Shown in pieces: positions 27,715 to 39,400 of a stretch of 64,000 nt of DNA. A program made the position numbers and the translations under genes. Each line of letters opens with the position of its first letter. The first letter of the stretch is position 1. Below the pieces are notes generated by a model, which saw only the letters and a program-made list of their open reading frames with translations, was not told the DNA's origin and did no database searches. The DNA lies in assembly GCA_051530055.1 (NCBI GenBank), contig CM121341.1:6798784-6862783 (forward strand), in the 5' to 3' direction. The DNA comes from Neoechinorhynchus agilis (Eukaryota > Animalia > Acanthocephala).

Positions 27715-28575
27715 ATAAATCTAGAAACTTTTACCGCTTAACGACTCTCCTTTTTTACTGAAATTTTCTTGAAGGTTTGTCAACATTCTATAAAAAAATT
27801 AAAAAATTGGAAAAAATGCAAAACGAAAAAAGCTAGAAACTTTTACCGCTTAACGACTCTCCTTTTTTTACTGAAATTTTCTTGAAGGTTTGTCAACATT
27901 CTATAAAAAAATGGGAAAAAACGCAAAACGAAAAAATCTAGAAACTTTTACCGCTTAACGACTCTCCTTTTTTTACTGGAATTTTCATGAAGGTTTGTCA
28001 ACATTCTATAAAAAAAATGGGAAAAAATGCAAAACGAAAAAATCTAGAAACTTTTACCGCTTAACGACTCTCCTTTTTTTAAACTGAAATTTTCATGAAG
28101 GTTTGTCAACATTCTATAAAAAAAATGGGAAAAAATGCAAAACGAAAAAAGCTAGAAACTTTTACCGCTTAACGACTCTCCTTTTTTAAACTGAAATTTT
28201 CATGAAGGTTTGTCAACATTCTATAAAAAAATTAAAAAATTGGAAAAAATGCAAAACGAAAAAAGCTAGAAACTTTTACCGCTTAACGACTCTCCTTTTT
28301 TTACTGGAATTTTCATGAAGGTTTGTCAACATTCTATAAAAAAACTAAAAAATGGAAAATGCAAAACGAAAAATCTAAAAACTTTTACCGCTTAACGACT
28401 CTCCTTTTTTTAAACTGGAATTTTCATAAAGGTTTGTCAACATTCTATAAAAAAACTAAAAAATGGAAAATGCAAAACGAAAAAGCTAGAAACTTTTACC
28501 GCTTAACGACTCTCCTTTTTTAAACTGAAATTTTCATGAAGGTTTGTCAACATTCTATAAAAAAGATGGGAAAAA
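27715..28575. repeat. Tandem satellite, 8 units of ~105-118 bp
   Basis: Repeats of tagaaacttttaccgcttaacgactctcctttttt...gaaggtttgtcaacattctataaaaaa; length varies mainly in A/T runs. Confidence 0.97.
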
Positions 28576-29044
28576 ATGCTGTATTCTTGCTGTCTCGAAG
28601 CAATGGAGATCGTAACAAAAACGCTGAAATAAAGTGGTGCACTTTAAAACGCTCGTTCGATAATTACAAACTATTAATCAACTATGCTGATTTTAAGACG
28701 AATATTAATAAAGCTTTTAACTACGAACCATAAGCCGTTACCTTTTTTTTTGAAAAGGAGCTTCTCACATTTGCACTAGATAAAAACTCGGTGATGAACT
28801 CTAATTACCGTGTGGTCGCGTTTATAATTGGTTAAAGGGAAATTCATAAGTTTCTTAATTTCATTACAGTACTTGTTCGATAATCGTTGTATTGATTCTT
28901 TTAAATCCTCGTTCCTAAGTTCAACGTGAATATTGCTAGTAGCAGCAGAGGACTAAAAGAAGACTTAAAACGAACTACAGACAACATCATTTGCGGAAAT
29001 TTATTGAAGTGAACTACGGTTTTCTGTTCTAGTAAAGATTACAA

Positions 29045-32000
29045 TTAGTTAAAGAGGGCCAAAGAACCACTTATAGATTTGTATATTTGGTACAGTCGTG
29101 CCTGCCAAACGAGTGCTTGTTGCCGCAAGTGTGAAAACAGTCTTTGGTAAAAGTGGCTGGCTTCATGTTGTCTATAATACTGTTCCCGAGTGAGAACACA
29201 AGCTTGATGTAATTGCAAAAGTGCTGCGAATCTTGCACCTAGTTGAAATTCAATGGATTCAAGGAGGCGATTTGTCTTTAAGAGAAGAAGCATTTGTTCG
29301 GGAATGCTGTTAATTACTCCGGCAATGTCGCTAAAGTAATCCGGGATTCGATCTCGCAATGCAGCAACCTAATGAACAATTGAAATAAGTTCTCAACTTT
29401 CAGTTCAATACCTCGGATAATGTAGGTCGCTGGGTCGATAAGCCTTTCTGAACCGAATCCCATGTCCGTCCGCTCACAATTACAGCCAACATCTTATGAA
29501 GCCCAACTGGAACTTCAAAGTATTCGGACAAACGCATCAGCTCCGTTTCATCTCCAGCCAGTAAACCTAACCAGAATCGACTGTAGTTGTACCGAAAGAG
29601 GTCATCCAGTTTCTAAACAAAAAATTGGTGCGGAACATGTCAAAGCGTTAAATTCAAATTGTTTTAGAATCCCGACATGGAAAAACACACAAAGAAAATG
29701 TGAAGTCCTGTCGAAATTGGACCGGCCTAAATTCATTAAAGATACACACGCTCGAGATGATACGAAAATGATGATTAAAGGCATCAAAGATGCAAGTTTA
29801 TGAATTCGTGATAAAATTCTGAGTGCATCGATTTCTTCTCCCATAAATTATGGACCTCGAAGATTCTCACTAACACGAGAAACTTCTCGGATGGGTTTTA
29901 GGAATTTTGATGGTTATTTAAGAGATGTCGATACACTAAAAGAGTAACCAAAGCCTCGACTATTGTGAAAGAATATACGCAGAAAGTGTTCCTTAAAAAT
30001 TATCAGATGAGAAAATGAGTACAAAATGTAGATAAAATGGATGCGAATTCAGACATGCAGTAAATCATTGATTTCGAGAAAAGATCACATTGACTGATTA
30101 AGCAGCACTTAATCTCGTCCAAACACAGAGGTTAGTCAGGTTGCCCGAGAAACTCTGGAATGTATATGTCAAACGAATGATTAATCATTGGAGGAGATTA
30201 TCCATTGGGCGACGACTGTAAATAATCGAGTTTTGGACGAAAAAGTGAGTAATTTTGATGTTGGGAAAAAACTATATGCGAAAATCACGGATCAATTGTG
30301 CGTTCGGTGCGGACATCTTTGTTTCCTTTTAAAGATTGTCTTAATCGCAAGCGGCTATAAAACCATCTTAGCGACAAAAATACCAACCTGATAGAGAGCA
30401 TGATCGAGTAGAATGACCTTAACGACTCCATTTTCTCGGCATACTTGGAGATTTCCAGGATGTGGATCACAATGCACGAATCCGTGTTTAAAGATCAAAT
30501 CACTAAAGATCTTCCCCATTTTCCAAGCAACCTTAGGTTTTCGTAATGAAAAAGACAGAACGTCTAGCAGCTGGCAAACCTCTTTTGGGTTAATCTTTCC
30601 AAGCCTGATTAAGTCAACATCAGTTATCTTGTATCCATCGACGAACTCCATCACCAAAACGCGGTCTGAGCTTATGATAACAACGGAACCCTTAGCGAAC
30701 CCCTGGCACCGCCGCTAATATATGTCCTTGTATACGCGAGGAATCTTCACAAAATTCAAGTCCGATAACATTTCCGATACTTTCTCACCATGTTCAGCTT
30801 CCGATATGAAATCAAGTTCCATCGGGATCTTCAGACGAGCTTGTTGAGCCACTCGAGCCAGTGGGAATTCCGGAAATATGCGTTTTACTGTTTTAGTAAA
30901 CAGTCTAAGCATCTCAAGATCAGCCATTCCCCTCTTCTTGACATTAGGATGTTGTATCTTTACTGCAACGGAGGTCCCGTCATGTAGACGGGCTCTGTGG
31001 ACTTGCGCCAATGAGGCCGCTGCTATTGGCTCCTTATCAAACCACTCGAATATATCGTCTGCCTATTTGCATTTAGAGAGAGTGGAATAACAGTTTGAAA
31101 GTATATTTAGGTCACCTTATGGCCGAGATCTTCTTCAAGTACAGATAAAAGTTCTTTGAGTGAAGACTTGGGTGCGGAGTCTTGCATTACACGTAAGGTT
31201 TGTATGTATTCCGGTGGAACGAGGTGGTATAAAGATGAAAGCACTTGACCGAACTTTATAAAGAGACCTCGATTTCGCAGGCATAAGTTCAGAATTCGAT
31301 CGGCGCCGCGTTGGTGTAACTAAATGATCACTCGTTGAAAGAGAGATGATTACGTTCAAATTCAAAGACGATTATAAACATTGAGTTTGTTAGTTGTGAC
31401 TGAGAAAAAATTTTCAAGGTATTTCAAGGTAATTGCGAAAATTTTATCAATATTCTAAAGAGTACGTCTAAAATCTTTTGGACCGTAACACTTGCGAAAT
31501 ATGTGAGCATTAATACCCTTCAGGCGAGTGATATAAAGACAATTTCGCAATGCTTAAATGTATTTATTTTCGGTACAAAACGGACGTTTAAATCAATTCT
31601 GAATCACTTGTAGTAGCAATATTAAAAAGTTTCAATTTTTAAAAGCATTTTGTGCATAAACTGTCCATTGCTTTAAGTATGAAATGAAAAATTATACTCG
31701 TACGTTGTGCGTTTTCGGTCTGAGAGATATTTAAAATAAACCAAGTTAATTTCTCCATTTTGTAATGCTTTTTTTGATCAAACCAAAGTCACGCTGACAT
31801 TATGGATTGTATCTGTTAAAGGTGCTCAGGGTGTTGCGATCTAGATTGGTATTTCATGATAAGCCGATCAAGAAGTTTTCAGCTCAATTTCATATGCACC
31901 CTTTAATTAGATAGAGAAATTTTATGAAAGCACGAGAATGAGTTTCTTTTAACAGTTTGGGAAGAAATGGATGAACAATTTTGGAGCGAAAGGGTGGGTT

Positions 32001-32732
32001 TTTTGGACAAAATTATAAGATTTGATTTTTCAGCGAACCAGGACAGCAGGTAATGATTTGAGAGGTTCCATTAAATATCAATATTTGCATGAATGGCCTA
32101 AATATGGCGTTTTATTAAAATAATTAGTAAACGTCGTCAAGAGAAAATCCTCCGGGATGATAGAGTTGGAGATTTGGTGAATCGTGCGAGAAAGCCTCGC
32201 CTATTTAGTCATTGTTTTTCAAGTTATAAAATATTTTCTATAAGGTTTAATTATGATTATCACATCTCCAACCTAAATAAAAACTATATTCTGCCAAAGT
32301 AATATTGAAAATTTTTTGCACTTAATCAAGCAGGAATGTTTAAAAATTCAATACTGATAAGAAAACCAAAACCGATGCATTAAAGCTTTTCGAATGAGTG
32401 GGATTAAAAAAGCTGATAAAAGTCCTCTCTTATCTGGCATTAAAAAACGTGCATCATAGATTACCTCTGATAGTTTTTGTTTATAAACCTCTTCGTCGAG
32501 TTGAGCGTCCAGAGTAAATTTATAGGCTATCTTGTAATCAATCACGGTGACGAATGCCTTTTATGAAGATTGATACCAAGAAAATCTTCAGCGGTCTTAC
32601 CGTGCTAAATGCGCGTCCGAAGCGAATAATGGTAAAGTTCGACAATGAGTCCGGGGAATATCTGTCCGTTGTCCATAAAGTGCCGATTCCTGCTCCAAAA
32701 AGAAACAATCCGCGTCGGCTAATAAAACGCAT
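29045..32732 (-). CDS. ADCK1: AarF-domain (UbiB) atypical kinase ADCK1, multi-exon
   Basis: LCLRNRGLFIKFGQ, PIAAASLAQVHRA...VAVKIQHP, ELDFISEA, VLVMEFVDG, GFVHCDPHPGN, LLDHALYQ, GRTWDSV, LLLLKTNRLL. One unexplained in-frame interruption at 30677-30724. Confidence 0.93.
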
Positions 32733-33332
32733 CTAAAAATAAAAGATATTTCGTTTTCTAGATCAATCAATTATGTAGCTGAATTAGAAAATGCAATTAT
32801 TTTTTGTTTATTAAAAAAATCATTGGAAATTGTGCGGTAAAGCATAGAGCGCAACACCGGAATTTGAGTAAAAAAATCCGACAGCATTTTCCCCATCTAA
32901 TCTAGAAAAAAGTTTAGGGCTGATTCGAACTTCACAATCAATAGTGATTTGTTTCCATACATATATATTTCAACAGTTATCGTACCTCATTGAGACATTG
33001 AAAGGAGTATCTTGTAATAATGAACTATATTGCCACGGGAGTGCATGAGTGTTTGTTTACCATCTCGACATATGATCAGAAGATCGAAATTCTTTAAAAT
33101 GGGTTGCTGGGCTTCTTTTTTTTGTTATAAACACAGAGAGAACTGCTATTTAAAAGTACAATGTGCCTTACTCAACAAAAGTCAAACACAAATGAGATGT
33201 GAGATAAAAAGGACCAATATTGTTCAAAGCGATACGTGCGATTTTCAGCGAGAACATTTCGTTTCTCAAAATCCGTACCTGACCTATTGTTTATCATTGA
33301 TTCGCTTCACCAAAAACAAACGACTAGTCCAT

Positions 33333-34692
33333 TTATTCATTTTCTCTTTGTTGATTAATGATGATCGTATTGCCCAAATTCGCAATAGCAGCGGCCGATT
33401 CGAGTAATCTCTGGACGGAAGCAGTGTTAGCGACCCGGCTGCCACCCACGTCAAGAGCAACACGAGCAGCAGCAACACCGACCGCCCGTCCATTCGGACT
33501 CCGTGGTCTGATGGACTCTATTCGTTCTGTAGTGCCGGTCATCGTTGAAAGACCACTATTTACTCCACAAAACTGTGCGGCATATTCACGGCTATTAAAA
33601 TGAGTATTAGAGACTTGTTCGCCGACAGTTACCCATCCTGGTCTTATATCTTGATCAGAAGCAAACAGATGAAGTCGTCTTCTTCCTAGACAGAAGCGTT
33701 CAATCACTCCAAAGATCTCATGTGGCATACGGTCGCTTTGTTCACTTATGAGTACATCAATGTCGATATTTGCATGGATGAAATCGTCGTCAGTTCCTCT
33801 TCTAACCGTCCCTCGAATGCCCATAAGGCAATGCTCTTTGGTTGGTTGAAAAACGTTTCCAATGAGACCTCCACTGCTTATGCTCGGCGTTGACAAGCGT
33901 TTGTTCGTTTTAATCCAGCAAATGTCTTCACACCGACGGAATCCCCATTTACGGAGACACTCTCGTCCTTCGTCCAGACCAACGCCTCCTCCTAGGCCGC
34001 ACCAGAGAAATACAAAAGATCGAGGAGCTGCAAGTTGATCGATAGGCAGATTCATGACTTCATTCCAAGTCCATGATTTTAAAGTAATCACCGATGAGAA
34101 TACAGGAGGTCGAAGAAGGACAACGTCGAATCTATTGAGCTCAGATGAAGGTATTAATGGAGCTTGAAGAACTTGACAAAATGGGAACGTCCGCATGTTT
34201 TCTATTGAGATAGAAAGCATTATAGAAGAAGAAGAAATAATGCTCTTATATCTAGCACACATGAACATAAGCAGCGGGACTATTGGTCATAGCCACGTGT
34301 TCATCTTTAAGCCTGAACAATTCCGCGAGTTTAGGGTGGTCTTTGAACCTCTTTGAAGGATCCTCAGCTTCACGGATGTAGTTCTGCGGTCGTTTTCCAG
34401 TGTTCACAAAATGAGTGGAGTAATCATTGAATATTCCTTCTTCGTCCTCGTCGCCGAAATCGGCGATTTCATCAATTAAACGAAAATCGTTCGATAAGCT
34501 CCTACGTAAATTCTCAAAACATTCGGCACGAAGGATATTTTCACATGGCCGACTAGTTGACATAACTGGTTCGTCCTTAGATGGCACATGACGGCTTCGA
34601 TGCAATTTGAACTCCTTTAAAATCTTCCTTCGCTTACATGAACGCCGATAAATTCTATCAAAAACCTGAACCGAAACACTAGGCTTTGTCAT
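33333..34692 (-). CDS. METTL14: m6A methyltransferase non-catalytic subunit METTL14, 2 exons
   Basis: [116 protein letters not shown]. Confidence 0.96.
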
Positions 34693-35519
34693 CTCAGAGT
34701 GAACAAAAACAACAATCATATCCGCCAGTTACTTAGGTTCTTCCGTGTTTTTTAAACTTTGAACACTACACTTGTAAACAACCTATGAAAGAAAACAACC
34801 TATTTATGTTTTTTATTTGTCGATAGGAGAAAATAAATGAAATTAAAATTTTATTGGATATTTCGGTCCACTATCTAGGATCTTCTTCAACAATTATAAA
34901 TTGATGGACAGATCTAGTCTATTAGATTAATTTACGATCGCTGAAGAAGATCCGAGATAGTGGATCGAAATATTCAATAAAATCTTAATTTCATTTTCTC
35001 CTATCAACAAATAACAATGAATTATCTTTTCAGCAAACCTATTTATGAACAGTGTTCAATCTTCTGATTCATTGTTGTCGGTGTTTTCATAAGCGACCTA
35101 AATGAAGCAAATTATCAAACAATTGATTTATTTGATAATTTTCACTCTTCGCGTAGTCTATCCAAAATGCAATCAAGAAACACTCAATTTGGTTTATCCC
35201 ATGGGATCCTCAGATTGAGTGTGTAATCCGCTTTGTTGCTCACAAATCAATTATTCGATAATTCGCTATATAAAGTGTTTTTGTAGAATATCCTTTAGTC
35301 GGCGTTTTCCCTTTTAGGCACACATCCAATCGATATTTTGGATTTTAAATGGTATATGTTAATTTTTTACTGGCAAAAGCGAACTCAGATCTATCATAGG
35401 AGCAATTTTTAGGCTGAAGGTCAATCAATCGTTAATCTCTCATAACGTTTTTTTATTGATGTGAATTATTTTAGCACTTTCGGTGGTCGAATTTTATGTT
35501 TTACATCAGAGAAGTCCTT

Positions 35520-35680
35520 AGATACCTTCTGAGGAGGCAAAACTCATCAGTGAGTTTCCTCCTCCTTTCAACGAGATATTTCGTCCCCTTTGATTATGGG
35601 TCATCGGCGGTAACGGATTCGAAACCCTTTGACCCAACAAACTGGAATCGGGAGTGTTAGTCAACTTGACCACCTCTACA
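35520..35680 (-). mobile_element. tRNA-derived SINE-like repeat; second partial copy at ~39160-39250
   Basis: Minus strand GTAGAGGTGGTCAAGTTGACTAA (A-box-like)...GGGTTTCGAATCC (B-box-like), then a body gatgacccataatcaaaggg...aactcactgatgagttttg shared with 39160-39250. No clean cloverleaf. Confidence 0.5.
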
Positions 35681-36447
35681 CAACTACGAAATGAACATTT
35701 ATGAAATGAATTGTCTTTTTTTTTCTAAAAGATTGAAAAATTTCAATAAATTAGGATTTTTTTAAGGATTCCATTAATATAGAAAAACATAATCGTGTTT
35801 GTGAGATTTTAAATCGAGAATGGAAAAGCGATTACTCAAGAAACACTCAATTTCGTTTATCCGGTGGTATCCTTCAGATTGAGTGATTAATCCGCCTTGT
35901 AAGACCGAATTTTAAAATATTCGAGTTAACGAAAAGGCCGAGTATTTTCAAGATGAATTTATTTCTGAATCAAACATCGCTAATTGAAACTGCTCAGAAT
36001 CACATCTTAGTCAATTATTTGAGAGTTTTCGCTATAAGAAAAGTCAAAATGATGAACATCTTTACAAATTCATTGCACACAAGTGAAAAATTTAGCATCC
36101 CGATATGGATTTTCTCTCGATAAATGCTTTAATTTTACGATGCGTAAAATAAGGTTTTATTATCTTTTAATGCAATGGAAAATCAAGACATAGCGATCAT
36201 TTCCATAGTTTGAATCTCAGCTTTCTGCACCAACAGAGAACAAGCCACAATTTGCGGTCATTCCAGGCAATTCATTATTCCGTGATTTTCGTTAGAATGC
36301 TAAAAAAAGCCGACGATAACTTGAATTCGAAATTTTGAGATAAAAAATTAATTTTTATCCCACAGGTTTAGCGACGCTGTCGTCAAACCGAGAAAGAACA
36401 CAAATACATTTGGAATTTGGGATTTTTACACGTGATTTTATTGACGA

Positions 36448-39400
36448 ATGTCGGAATCTTTGCCTGTGTTGAAGGATAATCGTCGGGACGATCTAATTCT
36501 AGCGTTAGTCAACAACACACTCGAATGTATGATATGTTGTTGTTGTATAAGGTTGTTAACATTTTCTCTTCTTAAAATTCTAAACTCTCAACGATAAGGT
36601 CTGAAGTGGCCGTGTTCAGCTGTCGAAGTTGCTTTAATGTGTTTCATTTGTATTGTGCTAAGAAATGGTCAAGGACTCTGAGTAGCGATAGCCACCGGAT
36701 CACCTTATGGCGATGTCCTGCTTGTCAAGTCGAATCCGACACTCATCTTCCAATTCAATATCGGTGTTTTTGTGGTAAGTTTATCAACCCCCCCCACCGT
36801 TTCAATTATGGTTCAATGACTTAAAAAATTAACGCTCAATCAATGAACTTTACGCTTTTTTTCGCAACCACACACACAAAGACCATTTGATACTGTTCGA
36901 ATCAAAGCATCTGATCTTAAACCTTGATTGCTCCAGAAATGGCATCAAATTCCTCCCGAATGAAAGTGTGAACACTTTCCCCGTGAGATTGATGGTAAGA
37001 AAGTCAAACGAAGGTTTTTGTTTCGTAGTCGTTTGCCCGGTACAGGGTTCGATTCCCCCCCACAAAGACCATTTGATAAAGCATCTGATCTTAAACTTTG
37101 ATTGCTCCAGAAATCTTTCCCCGTGAGATTGACGGTGAGAAAGTAAAACGAAGGTTTTTTGTTCCGTAGTCGTATGCCCGGTCCAGGGTTCGATTCCCCA
37201 CTCCCCCCACACACCCAATATTTCACGTCGTCTAATAATTCCGACATTTTCCCCGAGGTTTGTAAGTTTTTTGTGTGGCAAAAATACTAAAAGAAAGTTT
37301 CTTTTCCTCCACGGATAAGAACCCGAGACTTTTAGTTATTTTAAGATCGTTTCCGCCCATCGTAACCAATTTTTTAAATCAAGATTTTGTGTCTTTTGCA
37401 TCAATAACTTCTTAAGTGACAATTAAAGTTCTATTCAATTCGTTTTAATCGGCCATTATTACTGGTCTTGGTTCAATCTTGCGTTTCCCAAACCAGAATT
37501 CACATTATAGGCAAAAGAAGAGATCCTCCGGCTACTCCGAGCTACTCCACACCTCACAGTTGCGGCGATATATGCGGACGGGAACGAGTGTCAATTTCCA
37601 CTGGACAAACATGCGACCACTTATGTACGGAACTGTGCCACCCTGGACCATGTCCTCAATGTGTTTTTCTTATCAAGATCTCATGTCATTGTCTTAAGGA
37701 ATCAAGAAATCAGCAATGCGGTATAGCCTTAAAGTGGTCTTGTGGTAAGATATGTGGAAAACGTTGTCAACTAGGAGTTCATTCTTGCTCTGTTGTATGC
37801 CATTCGGATCCATGTCCGCCTTGCGAACACATATTTACGTCTACTTGTCATTCACACGGAATAAAGAGAGAAATCAAATGTAGTGATCTCGACCAATTAG
37901 CTCAGTGGTTCCCAAAAAGTTTTTTTCTTTTAATGCTATAAAACAATTTTGTTCAAGTATTTATCAACATTTTTTTGTTAGACTGAGTATATTTCAGCGG
38001 TATTTCGTCCTCTTTGACTGTGAACTATCGGTGCCAATAGATTTTGTAACCTTTTGACCTTGAAACAAAGATTCGGGCCACGAAATTCAAAAGATTTTAA
38101 ACGTGGGTAAAACGTTGGATCAAAACTGTGACCTCAATGCTCGTATCCTTCATTTTCTCCGTTTTTTACATACTTCCATTAACATAACAAGTTTGAAAAC
38201 CCGAATGCCTTGACGTTGTTCATTGAGGCTCAAATTGATTTTAATTTCTTCCCTAGCTTTGGGAACCACTGATTTAGCCCCTGATGACTCTTATTCTTGT
38301 GGTGCGATATGCGAAAAAAGGCTGGAATGTGAAGGTGGACACTCATGTATGAGACTTTGTCATTATGGAAACTGCGGCCCATGTCCGCTCTTGCCTTCAT
38401 TGGTCACTCATTGTCCGTGTGGGAAGAGTCTCATTGAGAACAAACGATCAAAGTGTACGGATCCAATCGAATCCTGCGGAAAACCTTGCATGAAAGCAGT
38501 CGAAGGTTGTGGGCATCCATGCGTCCTAAAGTGCCACACAGGTGATTGTTTGTGTATTTTTAAGCGATTCTCAGCGTTTGAAGACGCATTAGTTTTCTAC
38601 ATACGTTTTTGCGTTGCCCGGAGAAGTTTTAAAAGTTGTTTTTTACTTGTGTGTGGTGAATATGCTCTTATTTTATTTATCTTAAATCGCATACAATCAG
38701 GGCCTCACGGCATGTCTTTGGGGGCCTCTCGGCTAACTCACAGACTTCGGAGGCGCTCCATCGCACTCGAAGGGTTGTTTCTGGGGCCTATGGGCGATCC
38801 CAAACCTGACCCCACCCTTCCAGCAGCCTCGCAACCCCCATGGAACCCAGCGACCAATCGAGCGCATTTTGAATGCGCAATACTCGGCCATTGGGCCCCT
38901 AATATACTCGCCCTAATAAAAAAATCATTTTATTTTTCGCGAAATATTTCGAAAAAGGGGAAACCTATAAGGCGAGGTTTCCTCTCTTTCGAAATATTTC
39001 GCGAACAATAAAATGATTAAGTATCAATGTGTGGCCTTTTTCCACGGCTAATAATTTTCCTTTTGGTACACAGCCCACCGATCCCTTGCATCCGAGAAGT
39101 GATTGAATCACTTAGACTCTGATGCATACGGTAAAGAATTTGTACATTCCCGAGGAGACAAAACTCATCAGTGAGTTTCCTCCTCCCTTCAACGAGATAT
39201 TTCGTTCCCTTTGATTATGGGTCATCGGTGGTAACGGATTCGAACCAGTTGACTCTTAACTGGGATCAAGGGCTTAGGGCGATTCACCACATACAGACAA
39301 TTGAAAAATTTATCATCCCTGTGTGGATTTTCTCTGGTTATGATTTTTGTACACACTTCTTCGGATCCTCAGATACCTTTCCGGGGATAAGACGATGATA

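Noticed and set aside
27715-28575. CRISPR-like array, and the ORFs at 28323-28733
   Set aside because: Eukaryotic context with no unique spacers; these are whole-unit tandem repeats and the ORFs are by-products.
35585-35610. Hammerhead-like CCGATGA...GAAA cores here, at ~39215 and at ~48815
   Set aside because: U4 is replaced by C, stems II and III do not close properly, and no NUH cleavage site is positioned correctly.
35608-35680. Functional tRNA gene
   Set aside because: A- and B-box-like motifs are present, but there is no acceptor stem or clear anticodon arm, and it runs into a repeated body; treated as SINE-like.
38223-39011. 262-aa ORF as one NFX1 exon
   Set aside because: Only ~38278-38550 is NFX1-like; the rest reads through intron and repeat sequence. 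The exact 3' junction near 39455 is unresolved.
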